DNA of 64,000 nt from Oscillospiraceae bacterium (GCA_015065805.1 SVPN01000004.1:17186-81185); one strand, 5' to 3'. Shown: positions 44,379-53,791, numbered from the stretch's first letter. Numbers and translations: made by a program. The notes: generated by a model from the sequence alone, not told the origin.

Positions 44379-45191
44379 ATGACTTCTTTGCCGGCATATT
44401 TCCACTATACCATTGACGCTTACGGTTGCCTATCACAGCAAACCAATAAACTGATGGTGATCAATGATTTTTTGGTGACCACGGCAACAGAATTGGATAT
44501 GCAGCCCGTTATGCCACCGTTTCTTGTTCCCTATTATTATTGTGACGATGCTCAGGATGTCGGCATCAGCGCCTTTTGCATTTGCGCAGACGGGTCGCAC
44601 ATCACCATCCACACGTTCCCTGAGCGTTCCTGCTACTTCATTGACATTCTGACCAATTCCTTTTTGGAGGAGGCAAAGGTCAAAGATCTTGTGTGCAAAC
44701 AGCTTTACGCGGGCAACTTCAGCATTCAGACATTGGATCGCCGCGATTTTGCATCCGATCCGAGTGCCGTTGACACACAAAATGATTTCGGTCCGCATTT
44801 TATGATTACGGTCAATAATCCCAAGACCTCTTTTGAGGCAATCTACAAGTGGCTGGAAACCATTGCCCCGAAAATCAATATGAACCCCATTTCCCGCCCG
44901 TATGTCATTTATGACCGTGTTGAGGACCCGCAAACCATTTCCGGTATTTTAGTCGTCGCACAAAGTCACATTGCCTTCCATTACTGCATTGAAGACGATG
45001 TTGCCAACATCGATATCTTTTCCTGCAGCTTTCTGGATCTGGATGTGATCGAAGCCATTATCCACGAGGACTTCGGTATGGACGCACGGATCGATCTGTT
45101 TGCGCGCGGCAGTAAGCATCGCTATGAATGCCAGCACTATTCGCGTCAGACCCGCATCGAAAAAAATAAAACCTGGCAAAAAAATCTGTAA
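44379..45191 (+). CDS. Fused double S-adenosylmethionine decarboxylase (SpeD/AdoMetDC)-fold protein, non-canonical
   Basis: The N-terminal half has HYTIDAYGC and GISAFCICADGSHITIHTFPE...FIDILT. The C-terminal half has SGILVVAQSHIAFHYCIED...NIDIFSCS. Both match the class 1 SpeD pattern (H...YGC; G.S..V.ISESH...HT.PE...D.FTC), but the ES cleavage dipeptide is replaced by GS and QS. The start is the ATG at 44379 or the TTG at 44388 (better SD spacing). Confidence 0.6.
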   Translation: MTSLPAYFHYTIDAYGCLSQQTNKLMVINDFLVTTATELDMQPVMPPFLVPYYYCDDAQDVGISAFCICADGSHITIHTFPERSCYFIDILTNSFLEEAKVKDLVCKQLYAGNFSIQTLDRRDFASDPSAVDTQNDFGPHFMITVNNPKTSFEAIYKWLETIAPKINMNPISRPYVIYDRVEDPQTISGILVVAQSHIAFHYCIEDDVANIDIFSCSFLDLDVIEAIIHEDFGMDARIDLFARGSKHRYECQHYSRQTRIEKNKTWQKNL

Positions 45192-45195
45192 TAAC

Positions 45196-45227
45196 AAAAA
45201 ACGCAACCGAAACGGTTGCGTTTTTTG
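45196..45227 (+). terminator. Intrinsic terminator closing the TIR-LRR/permease/SpeD-like operon
   Basis: AACGCAACCG-AAA-CGGTTGCGTT hairpin followed by TTTTTT, 5 nt after the stop. Confidence 0.9.
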
Positions 45228-45300
45228 TTGCTTTGGGGTTGATTCGGGTAAGGTATCTGGTGTATAATTAAAGTATACAATCGTACTTTTGAGGTGTGTT

Positions 45301-47694
45301 ATGAACTTTCGGGATTACTTACACGATCATATCGTGATACTTGACGGCGGCATGGGGACGCTGTTGCAGGCACAAGGTCTGCAACCCGGCGAATACCCCG
45401 AGCGGTGGAACCTTACCCATCCCGACGCTGTTGTTGCCGTTCATAAAGCCTATTACGAGGCAGGTAGCACCATCGTTTCCACCAACACCTTCGGCGCCAA
45501 TTCGCTGAAATTTTCTTCGGATGAGCTGGCATCGATCGTGAAAGCGGCGGTTGCCAATGCCAACGCCGCCAAAGCGCAATGCAAGGACGGTCTTCCCCGC
45601 TTTGTCGCGCTGGATATCGGTCCGACGGGTAAGCTACTCAAACCCCTTGGCGATCTTGATTTTGAGGACGCCGTCTCCGTTTTTGCGCAAACCGTCCGGT
45701 TGGGCGTTCAATGCGGTGTCGATGCCATTCTCATCGAAACGATGAACGACAGCTACGAAACCAAAGCGGCATTGCTTGCCGCCAAGGAGAACAGCGATCT
45801 TCCCGTGCTTGTATCCAACGCCTACGGCGAAGACGGCAAGCTGATGACGGGAGCTACTCCCGCCGCAATGGTCGCGATGGCCGAAGGCTTAGGCGCGGAT
45901 GCCATCGGTGCCAACTGCTCACTCGGTCCTGCACAGCTCCGCGGTGTCGTGGAGGAATTGCTTGCCAATGCCTCCATCCCCGTGCTGTTCAAGCCGAATG
46001 CAGGCCTCCCGAAGATGGACAACGGCAACACGGTGTTTGATATCACCCCTGCCGAATTTGCCGACGAGGTAGCATCGCAATTGGCAAAGGGTGTGCGGCT
46101 TGCCGGTGGCTGCTGCGGTACAACCCCCACCTATATCGCCTTATTAAGCGAACGTGCCGCCACGGTATCCCCCGTCCCTCTCACAAGCAAAAACCGCACC
46201 GTGGTGTCCTCCTATTCGCACGCTGTGGTCTTTTCGGACACCCCCGTGCTGATCGGTGAACGCATCAACCCCACGGGTAAAAAACGCTTTAAGCAGGCAC
46301 TTGTTGAGCAGGATATGGACTATATCCTCAACGAAGGCATCCGTCAGCAGGAAAAGGGTGTCCATATTTTGGATGTCAATGTCGGTCTGCCCGATATCGA
46401 CGAGCCTGCGATGCTGACACGAACGGTATGTGACCTGCAGGCGATTCTGGACTTACCGCTGCAGATCGACACCTCCGACCCTGTGGCGATGGAAGCCGCT
46501 TTGCGCCGCTATAACGGCAAGGCGCTCATCAACTCCGTCAACGGCAAAAAGGACAGTATGGCCGCAATTTTTCCGCTTGTCAAAAAATACGGCGGCGTGG
46601 TAGTAGCACTGACGCTGGACGAAAACGGCATTCCCGAAACCGCCGAAGGTCGCGTTGCCATTGCTCAAAGGATTCTCGACACGGCTGCCTCCTACGGCAT
46701 CGATAAACGCGATATCGTATTTGATACCCTGGCAATGACCGTCAGCGCCGATAACCGTGCCGCTCTTGCAACCCTCGGTGCTTTACACACCATTCGCTAT
46801 ACGCTCGGCTGTCACACCTCGCTTGGCGTATCCAATGTTTCCTTCGGACTTCCCTGCCGCGATGCGGTCAACAGCACCTTCTTTGCACTGGCGCTTCAAA
46901 GCGGGCTGTCTGCCGCCATTATGAATCCGCATTCGGCGGATATGATGAAGGTATACTATGCCTACAATGCCCTGAAAGGCACAGATGAGAATTGTGCCGC
47001 TTACATTGCGCACGCAGAGGAATTTGCCGTTACAGCCGCTTCTGCGCCCACTGTCGGGGCTTCTGCCGCGATCGACGCCGCATCAGAACTCCAGCACGCC
47101 GTTATCAAAGGCTTGCAGGAGAAAGCCGCCACGCTAACACGTGCCCTTCTTGCACACACAGCGCCGCTGGATATTGTCAACAACGACATCATCCCCGCAC
47201 TGAATGTTGTCGGGGACGGCTTCGAAAAGAAGACGATGTATCTTCCTCAGCTTCTGATGAGTGCCGAAGCCGCCAAAAGTGCTTTTGAGGTGATCAAATC
47301 CACTATGAACAGCGACGCCTCTCACGCAAACGGCACGGTTGTTTTGGCAACGGTACACGGCGATATTCACGATATCGGCAAAAACATCGTCAAGCTATTG
47401 CTGGAAAACTACGGCTTTTGCGTTGTGGATCTCGGCAAGGATGTTCCGCCCGAAGTCATCGTGCAGCAGGCAGTCACGCTTCACGCACCCCTTGTAGGGC
47501 TCAGTGCGTTGATGACCACCACCGTTCCTGCAATGGAGGAAACCATCCGACAGCTTCGCTGTGATGCACCGTGGTGCAAGGTCGTTGTCGGCGGTGCCGT
47601 GCTGACACAGGACTATGCCGACCGCATCGGCGCCGATAAATATGCCAAGGACGCGATGGAAACGGTTCGCTACGCACAGGAGCTTCTCTTATAA
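45301..47694 (+). CDS. metH: Methionine synthase (cobalamin-dependent, lacking the C-terminal AdoMet activation domain)
   Basis: ATG at 45301 after GAGG. It has a homocysteine S-methyltransferase domain, a pterin-binding domain, a B12 cap and a B12-binding domain with DxHxxG (DIHDIGKN). About 797 aa, as in the Clostridia/Thermotoga-type short MetH. Confidence 0.9.
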   Translation: MNFRDYLHDHIVILDGGMGTLLQAQGLQPGEYPERWNLTHPDAVVAVHKAYYEAGSTIVSTNTFGANSLKFSSDELASIVKAAVANANAAKAQCKDGLPRFVALDIGPTGKLLKPLGDLDFEDAVSVFAQTVRLGVQCGVDAILIETMNDSYETKAALLAAKENSDLPVLVSNAYGEDGKLMTGATPAAMVAMAEGLGADAIGANCSLGPAQLRGVVEELLANASIPVLFKPNAGLPKMDNGNTVFDITPAEFADEVASQLAKGVRLAGGCCGTTPTYIALLSERAATVSPVPLTSKNRTVVSSYSHAVVFSDTPVLIGERINPTGKKRFKQALVEQDMDYILNEGIRQQEKGVHILDVNVGLPDIDEPAMLTRTVCDLQAILDLPLQIDTSDPVAMEAALRRYNGKALINSVNGKKDSMAAIFPLVKKYGGVVVALTLDENGIPETAEGRVAIAQRILDTAASYGIDKRDIVFDTLAMTVSADNRAALATLGALHTIRYTLGCHTSLGVSNVSFGLPCRDAVNSTFFALALQSGLSAAIMNPHSADMMKVYYAYNALKGTDENCAAYIAHAEEFAVTAASAPTVGASAAIDAASELQHAVIKGLQEKAATLTRALLAHTAPLDIVNNDIIPALNVVGDGFEKKTMYLPQLLMSAEAAKSAFEVIKSTMNSDASHANGTVVLATVHGDIHDIGKNIVKLLLENYGFCVVDLGKDVPPEVIVQQAVTLHAPLVGLSALMTTTVPAMEETIRQLRCDAPWCKVVVGGAVLTQDYADRIGADKYAKDAMETVRYAQELLL

Positions 47695-47707
47695 ATAACG
47701 ATGATGC

Positions 47708-47749
47708 AAAAAAAAGACCTTGTACGGATTGCCCGTACAAGGTCTTTTG
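47708..47749. terminator. Bidirectional terminator between metH (+) and ftsZ (-)
   Basis: GACCTTGTACGG-ATTGC-CCGTACAAGGTC hairpin flanked by A8 and T4. Confidence 0.85.
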
Positions 47750-47757
47750 CTATTCTC

Positions 47758-48819
47758 TTAGTGCTTGCTGCCGAACAGGTGCATAATGTCGCCGAAGCCG
47801 GAGTCATCGTCGTCATCCTGTGCCGCAAAGCTCATCGGAGTCGAGCCGGGGACATTGCCGCCGTTCTCGTCAAAGCCCGTTGCCACAACCGTCACGACCA
47901 TCTCGTCATCGAGGGTGTCGTCGAACGCCATACCCCAGATGATGTTTGCATCGGGATGTGCCGCCTTTTGGATGGTGGTTGCCGCCACATCGACATCTTC
48001 GAGGTCAATGTCGGGGGACGCGGTGATGTTGATGATCACGCCGCGGGCACCCTTGATGGATGTCTCAAGCAGGGGGCTGGCGATCGCGCGCTCAGCAGCT
48101 TCGGAAGCCTTCTCCTTGCCTGCCGCACGGCCAAAGCCCATATGTGCATAGCCGGCGTCCTTCATAACGGCGCTGACATCCGCAAAGTCAAGGTTGACCA
48201 TTGCCTGCTGGGTGATCAGGTCGGAGATGGACTGCACGCCCTGACGGAGAACATCATCCGCCATATTGAAGGCGTTCGCAAGGGTAATGCGCTGCTCGCT
48301 GATAAGCTTCAGGCGCTCATTGGGGATGACAAGCAGGCTGTCCACGTGCTCGCGAAGGTTCGCGATACCGGCCTCTGCTTGCTCCAGACGGCGACGACCC
48401 TCAAAAGCGAAGGGCTTGGTGACGATACCGACGGTAAGAATGCCGAGGTCACGGGCAATGTTCGCCACAACGGGAGCCGCACCCGTACCGGTGCCGCCGC
48501 CCATACCGGCGGTGATGAACACCATATCGGTGCCCTTGAGTGCCGCTTCGATCTCTTCGCGGCTCTCCTCAGCAGCGCGCTGACCCTTGTCGGGGTTTGC
48601 GCCGGCGCCCATACCGTGCGTCAGCTTCTCACCGATCTGCAGCTTGAGCGTTGCCTGCGAACGGGCAATTGCCTGACGGTCAGTGTTGATCGCCACAAAC
48701 TCAACGCCCTGAAGACCCGAGCGCACCATACGGTCAACAGCGTTACCGCCGCCGCCACCGACACCGACGATCTTTATCTGCACGCCGCTTGCGTAATCGT
48801 TTTCAATTTGAAATCCCAT
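47758..48819 (-). CDS. ftsZ: Cell division protein FtsZ
   Basis: [10 protein letters not shown] tubulin signature, GGGTGTG T4 loop, an acidic linker and a C-terminal peptide ([11 protein letters not shown]). The start is set at the second ATG, 9 nt after GAGAGG. Confidence 0.95.
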   Translation of the reverse strand: MGFQIENDYASGVQIKIVGVGGGGGNAVDRMVRSGLQGVEFVAINTDRQAIARSQATLKLQIGEKLTHGMGAGANPDKGQRAAEESREEIEAALKGTDMVFITAGMGGGTGTGAAPVVANIARDLGILTVGIVTKPFAFEGRRRLEQAEAGIANLREHVDSLLVIPNERLKLISEQRITLANAFNMADDVLRQGVQSISDLITQQAMVNLDFADVSAVMKDAGYAHMGFGRAAGKEKASEAAERAIASPLLETSIKGARGVIINITASPDIDLEDVDVAATTIQKAAHPDANIIWGMAFDDTLDDEMVVTVVATGFDENGGNVPGSTPMSFAAQDDDDDSGFGDIMHLFGSKH

Positions 48820-49010
48820 AAAAAACATCCTCTCTGTTTAGTATAGACATAATTATAACATTGCCATTATTCTAATCATACCACGGACTCGCCGCAATAT
48901 CAACAGAAAATTTGCAATTTTCGACCCACTTTACAAAAAATTTTTATTCGCCGCGATTGTATTAACGAATTAGTAACTATTTCGGCAAATAACGGTAACA
49001 GCTCTGTTGC

Positions 49011-50120
49011 TTATTCTCCGCTGTCGCCCTCATAATCGGATTCTTCTTCATAATACGAATCTTCTTCCGTGTAATCGGAGTCCTCCTCTTCGTAATACGG
49101 ATCCTCTTCGTAATACGAATCCTCTTCCTCATATTCCGAGTCTTCCTCGGACGGAGTGTCCGAATCCTCCTCGGATTCATCCTCTTCGGGCGTGTCAAGT
49201 ATTTCGCCCGGAGCAGGCTGACGCGGAGCGGTCGGCTTGGTCGGCAACAAAGAGGAGGGTGTAAAGACCGCCTGCTTATCCACCGCTTCATCGCTCGAAT
49301 AAGAAACCAGATTCAACCGCCCCGATGCCTGCTCGCCTCGACTCTGCAGGATCTTCGGGATCGTTGCGGCGACAACGCCGATCTCGTGCTCCAGATTGGA
49401 GGTGTTTCCAAGCCAGACCTCGATCTGCGAGCGCCATACAAGACGGATATCCGTCATATCCGTGATATTGATCTCCGTAACATCGGACAACGCGTATCGG
49501 TTGATTGCCGACAGCAGTGTCCCCAAAACGCTTGCTTCGTATTCGTCCAGCGCCTGCGCACCGACGCTGATACCGTCTTTGGGAGCTTTCGCTTTAATGT
49601 ACAGGCTGTTTTTCGGGCGGTCGGAGGTGATGGGCTGTTTATCCAACACCTTACCGTTCCCGCCGATCGGAATCCAGTGTCCATCCGCATACATCACGCC
49701 GATGCAGTCGGTTTCCGTCACCGTGATACGTACCTCTTTCATCCGCAGAGTCTGTACATCTACATCCGCATAATACGGAAATGTATTGAGTAAATGCTCT
49801 TCAACAGCATTGCTTTTCACTTTAAAAATACTTTGTCCGATCAGCACGCCGCTTTCGCCGATCACGGATTCCTCTAAATACTTGGTGTTTCCTTCCAGCG
49901 TGATCGTCTCCACCGCAAACATATTTCCCTCCGTTGAAGGAGGCGTGTTGCTTTCGGGACGCGGGGTGATGATCCACAGCACGATGGAGGAAACCACCAA
50001 CGCCACGATCAGCAACAGCATCACGATCAGCAGATAAAACCGTTTCGTTGTCAATGCATTTTCCTTTGCCCGACGGCGTTGCTCCTCGGTCATTTCTTCT
50101 TCTTTGATTTTTCTTGCCAC
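49011..50120 (-). CDS. ftsQ: Cell division protein FtsQ/DivIB-like (POTRA) with acidic Tyr-rich C-terminal tail
   Basis: GTG start after GGCGGTGA. It has a basic N-terminus, a single TM segment (FYLLIVMLLLIVALVVSSIVLWII) and a POTRA-like region (FAVETITLEGN). It lies between murA and ftsZ. The last ~60 aa are D/E/Y/S-rich. Confidence 0.7.
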   Translation of the reverse strand: MARKIKEEEMTEEQRRRAKENALTTKRFYLLIVMLLLIVALVVSSIVLWIITPRPESNTPPSTEGNMFAVETITLEGNTKYLEESVIGESGVLIGQSIFKVKSNAVEEHLLNTFPYYADVDVQTLRMKEVRITVTETDCIGVMYADGHWIPIGGNGKVLDKQPITSDRPKNSLYIKAKAPKDGISVGAQALDEYEASVLGTLLSAINRYALSDVTEINITDMTDIRLVWRSQIEVWLGNTSNLEHEIGVVAATIPKILQSRGEQASGRLNLVSYSSDEAVDKQAVFTPSSLLPTKPTAPRQPAPGEILDTPEEDESEEDSDTPSEEDSEYEEEDSYYEEDPYYEEEDSDYTEEDSYYEEESDYEGDSGE

Positions 50121-50140
50121 GGTTTCACCGCCTTTTCTTA

Positions 50141-51403
50141 TCAATTGATACGTTTTATATCGGCACCGAGCTGTGTCAACAGCTTTTCGGGATACGCATA
50201 ACCACGATCCAGATGGCACAGACGACCGATTTGCGTCACGCCCTGAGCGGCAATCCCCGCCACCAGCAGCGCCGCACCGCCGCGCAGATCCGTGCAACAC
50301 ACGCTTGCGCCGTGCAGACACGGAACCCCTTCCACGACCGCCATTCTTCCCTCGGTTTTAATATTCGCACCCATTCGAACCAGTTCACACACGTGCTTAT
50401 AGCGACTGTCAAAAATATTCTCGATGATCACGCTGGTTCCCGATGCCACGGCGGTCATCGCCATGATCGGTGCCTGCGCATCGGTCGGGAAACCGGGATA
50501 CGGCATTGTGCGGATCAGTCCCACGCGCGACAGACGAGCGGGTGCCTTGAGCCGAACCGAATTCTCACGGATATGCAGTGTGCATCCTGCTTCTTCAAAT
50601 ACGCTGAGTACCGCCGTCATATGCGAGGGCTTCAGCCCGTGAAGGGTGATATCCCCCGCCGTAACAGCCGCCGCGGCAAGAAAGGTCGCCGCTTCAATGC
50701 GGTCGGGCATCACGCTGTACCGACAACCGATCAGCCGTTCCACACCCTCAATATACAACACGCTTTCGCCTGCCCCGCAAATACGCGCACCGCACGCATT
50801 CAGAAATGTACACAGATCAATGATCTCGGGCTCCTTCGCCGCATTGCTGAGTACGGTCTGACCTTTGGCAAGCACCGCGGCAAGAAGCACATTCTCCGTT
50901 GCACCGACACTCGGGAAGGACAACGCGATCCGTGCACCGTGCAAGCCCTTAGGTGCCGCACAATGCAGTGCACAGCCGTCCTCGCGTATCTCCGCACCCA
51001 TCTGGCGCAACGCCTGCAAGTGTAGGTCGATCGGACGGGGACCCAGCTCACAGCCGCCCGGGAAACACAGCCTTGCGCTTCCCGCCTTGGCGAGCACCGC
51101 ACCGAGAAACACAATGGAACTGCGCATTTCTCTCATCAGATGCTCGGGGATGCTGTTTGCACATTCTGCAGACGGGATCACCTCAACGCTGTTGCCGTCA
51201 CGGTGCACCGTGCATCCCAAATGCGTCAGAATCGCCACGGATGCTTCCACATCCGTCAGCATCGGCAGACGGTCTAATATGACAGGAGAAGAGGAGAGCA
51301 CCGTTGCCGCCAATAACGGCAAGGCGCTGTTTTTCGCCCCGTGCGGTGTCAGCTCACCCTCTAACCGTCTTCCGCCGTTGATCACCAATTTGCTCATAGC
51401 CAT
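50141..51403 (-). CDS. murA: UDP-N-acetylglucosamine 1-carboxyvinyltransferase
   Basis: 420 aa. It has LVINGGRRLEGEL...HGAKNSALP at the N-terminus and the catalytic-loop Cys region (GGCELGPRPIDLH). Confidence 0.95.
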   Translation of the reverse strand: MAMSKLVINGGRRLEGELTPHGAKNSALPLLAATVLSSSPVILDRLPMLTDVEASVAILTHLGCTVHRDGNSVEVIPSAECANSIPEHLMREMRSSIVFLGAVLAKAGSARLCFPGGCELGPRPIDLHLQALRQMGAEIREDGCALHCAAPKGLHGARIALSFPSVGATENVLLAAVLAKGQTVLSNAAKEPEIIDLCTFLNACGARICGAGESVLYIEGVERLIGCRYSVMPDRIEAATFLAAAAVTAGDITLHGLKPSHMTAVLSVFEEAGCTLHIRENSVRLKAPARLSRVGLIRTMPYPGFPTDAQAPIMAMTAVASGTSVIIENIFDSRYKHVCELVRMGANIKTEGRMAVVEGVPCLHGASVCCTDLRGGAALLVAGIAAQGVTQIGRLCHLDRGYAYPEKLLTQLGADIKRIN

Positions 51404-51491
51404 ACCCCTTTTCCATCAACCGACATCAAAGCCGTTTCTGTTGATATGGTATGCTATTTTGCAAAAATCGGTGAATTTACCGTCAAAGAAC

Positions 51492-52616
51492 TTATTGTTT
51501 GGCTGTTTTTAAGGCATCTGCCACAACCTCCAGGATGCGGTCCATAGCCCCCGTGACAGCCCCTTTACGGGCGTTTTCGCCCATACGCAACAGCTTGGCA
51601 GGATCATCCGTAATGCTTTTGACCGCCTCCCATAAGGAAGCCGCCGTCAGATCCTTTTCCTCCATACACAACGCCGCCTCACGGGAAACCAGCGCCTGCG
51701 CATTGTGGAATTGGTGATTTTCCGCCACATAGGGCGACGGGATCAGGATGGACGGCTTTCCGCACGCCTGCAATTCCGTCAGCGTCATCGCCCCGCAACG
51801 GCAAATGACCACATCCGCCGCCGCCATACAATCCTTCATATTATCAATATACTCACGCACATCAATGCCGTCGGCGTGAAGCGGAATCCCGCTTGCTTTC
51901 AGTGCGTCACACATCGCCGCATAGCCCGCGCGACCGGCACCGTGAATATGCTGCAGCTTCCCTTCGCGGCGGCTTTTTTCCAGCATACCGCTGACAGCGC
52001 AGTTGATCGCCGACGCGCCGAGACTGCCGCCGAACGACAGCACAAGCGGTCTTTCATCCAATCCCAGACGCTTACGCGCTTCCTCCTTGGGGATCTGCGC
52101 AAAATCGGCAGGTAACGGATTCCCCGTCACGACCACCTTCGCATCGGACGGCAGATACGCCTTTGCCGATTCCTCCGACACGCACACCGTCGCCCATTTG
52201 CTGAGCATCTTCACCGTCACCCCGGGAAGGGCGTTCGATTCGTGTACCACAACGGGGATCCCGCGTTTGGCGGCTTTTCTGAGGATCGGACCGCAGACAT
52301 AGCCACCCGTACCGATGGCGATGTCCGGCTTGAACTCGCGGATAATGCGGTCCGCACGTCCACCCGCTGTCAGTGCCTGCCACGCCGCGCCGATATTGTG
52401 GCCGATCGCCGCGGGTGTCAGCTTGCGCATAAAGCCGCTGACCTTCATTGTTTCAATGCGATAACCCGCCGCCGGCACCAGACGGGTCTCCATCCGACCC
52501 TCTGCACCGACAAACAGGATCTCACAATCGGGATAGGTGTCCCCAAGAGCCTTGGCAATCGTCAGCGCGGGGTTAATATGCCCCGCTGTACCGCCGCCCG
52601 TCATCAATACGCGCAT
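51492..52616 (-). CDS. murG: UDP-N-acetylglucosamine--N-acetylmuramyl-(pentapeptide) pyrophosphoryl-undecaprenol GlcNAc transferase
   Basis: MRVLMTGGGTAGHINPAL N-terminus and a GT28 two-domain layout. Confidence 0.95.
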   Translation of the reverse strand: MRVLMTGGGTAGHINPALTIAKALGDTYPDCEILFVGAEGRMETRLVPAAGYRIETMKVSGFMRKLTPAAIGHNIGAAWQALTAGGRADRIIREFKPDIAIGTGGYVCGPILRKAAKRGIPVVVHESNALPGVTVKMLSKWATVCVSEESAKAYLPSDAKVVVTGNPLPADFAQIPKEEARKRLGLDERPLVLSFGGSLGASAINCAVSGMLEKSRREGKLQHIHGAGRAGYAAMCDALKASGIPLHADGIDVREYIDNMKDCMAAADVVICRCGAMTLTELQACGKPSILIPSPYVAENHQFHNAQALVSREAALCMEEKDLTAASLWEAVKSITDDPAKLLRMGENARKGAVTGAMDRILEVVADALKTAKQ

Positions 52617-52627
52617 ATCAAAAACTC

Positions 52628-53791
52628 CTACGATTGTTTATTTGTGGATTGCCGTGATATCGACAGCAAAATACCCATCTGTCCTAACAGCATAATCAGC
52701 GAGGAACCGCCGTAACTGAAGAACGGCAGGCTGATGCCCGTATTCGGAAGAAGGTTCGTCACAACGGCAATGTTAAGTGCCACCTGAATGGCGATCTGCA
52801 CCGACAGACCGACCGCCAGCATAAACCCGAATTTGTCGGGGGAGTGCATCGCAATGCCGAAGCCGCGCCAGACAAGCACCGCAAACAGCACAATGATCAG
52901 TACCGCCCCCACAAAGCCGAGTTCCTCACAAACGATGGCAAAAACGAAGTCGTTTTGCGGTTCGGGAAGGAACAGATGCTTCTGGCGGGAATTACCGAAG
53001 CCCTGCCCCATCAGTCCGCCCGAGCCGATGGCGTACAGCGACTGCATCGTCTGCCACGCCTGATCGCGGTTATTTTCATACACCTCAAAAATGTTCAACC
53101 ACACTTCGATGCGGTCCTGCTCATATCCGAGCACCGCGATCATAAACACGACCGCGCCGCCGCAAAGCAGTACCGTGCCGACAGCAAGCAAAATATTGGT
53201 GCCGCCGACAAACATCATCACAAGACCGATGGCAAAAATCAGGATCGTACCCGAAAGGTGCGGCTCAAGGATCGTCAGGAGGCACAGCAGCACAAGCACC
53301 GCCATAAACGGAAGATAGCCCTTTGTGATTTTCCCCATCTGTTTATGGTTCAGGGATATCATATGGGCAAACACCAGTATCAACCCAAACTTTGCCACCT
53401 CGGACGGCTGGATGTTACCGAGCCCCGGCAACGGAATCCAGCGTTGCACACCGTCAGACGTAGGAATGAACAGCACCACGATCAGCAAAATAACGGAGAT
53501 GCCTAAAATGGGAAGAGACAGCTGATGCCAGATGTGATAATCAATACACGAGCAAATCAGCATCGCCGCAATACCGACGGCGGCAAAGATCAACTGCTTT
53601 TTAATATAGAAATAGCTGTCATCCTCGCGATAGTATGCGTTGACATAGCTCGCCGAAAACATACACGCAAGGCCGATGGTCAGCAAGACGAGCAACAGGA
53701 TCAGAAACGGCGCATCAAACGATTCGCCGATGAAAAACAAACGCGTTTTTTTCTTTTTCAAAGGGGTTTCTTTCTTTTCCGCCGTCGCCAT
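52628..53791 (-). CDS. ftsW: SEDS family peptidoglycan glycosyltransferase FtsW/SpoVE
   Basis: About 10 TM segments and conserved SEDS blocks (QPSEVAKF, GISLPFFSYGGSS). Confidence 0.9.
   Translation of the reverse strand: MATAEKKETPLKKKKTRLFFIGESFDAPFLILLLVLLTIGLACMFSASYVNAYYREDDSYFYIKKQLIFAAVGIAAMLICSCIDYHIWHQLSLPILGISVILLIVVLFIPTSDGVQRWIPLPGLGNIQPSEVAKFGLILVFAHMISLNHKQMGKITKGYLPFMAVLVLLCLLTILEPHLSGTILIFAIGLVMMFVGGTNILLAVGTVLLCGGAVVFMIAVLGYEQDRIEVWLNIFEVYENNRDQAWQTMQSLYAIGSGGLMGQGFGNSRQKHLFLPEPQNDFVFAIVCEELGFVGAVLIIVLFAVLVWRGFGIAMHSPDKFGFMLAVGLSVQIAIQVALNIAVVTNLLPNTGISLPFFSYGGSSLIMLLGQMGILLSISRQSTNKQS

Noticed and set aside
41485-45240. The low-GC block as a prophage remnant, transposon or integrative element
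   Set aside because: I could find no integrase, transposase, recombinase, tRNA target or flanking direct or inverted repeats. The only shared flanking string (TGTATAATT) is a -10-like promoter element. I therefore report it as a compositional island without a mobility call.
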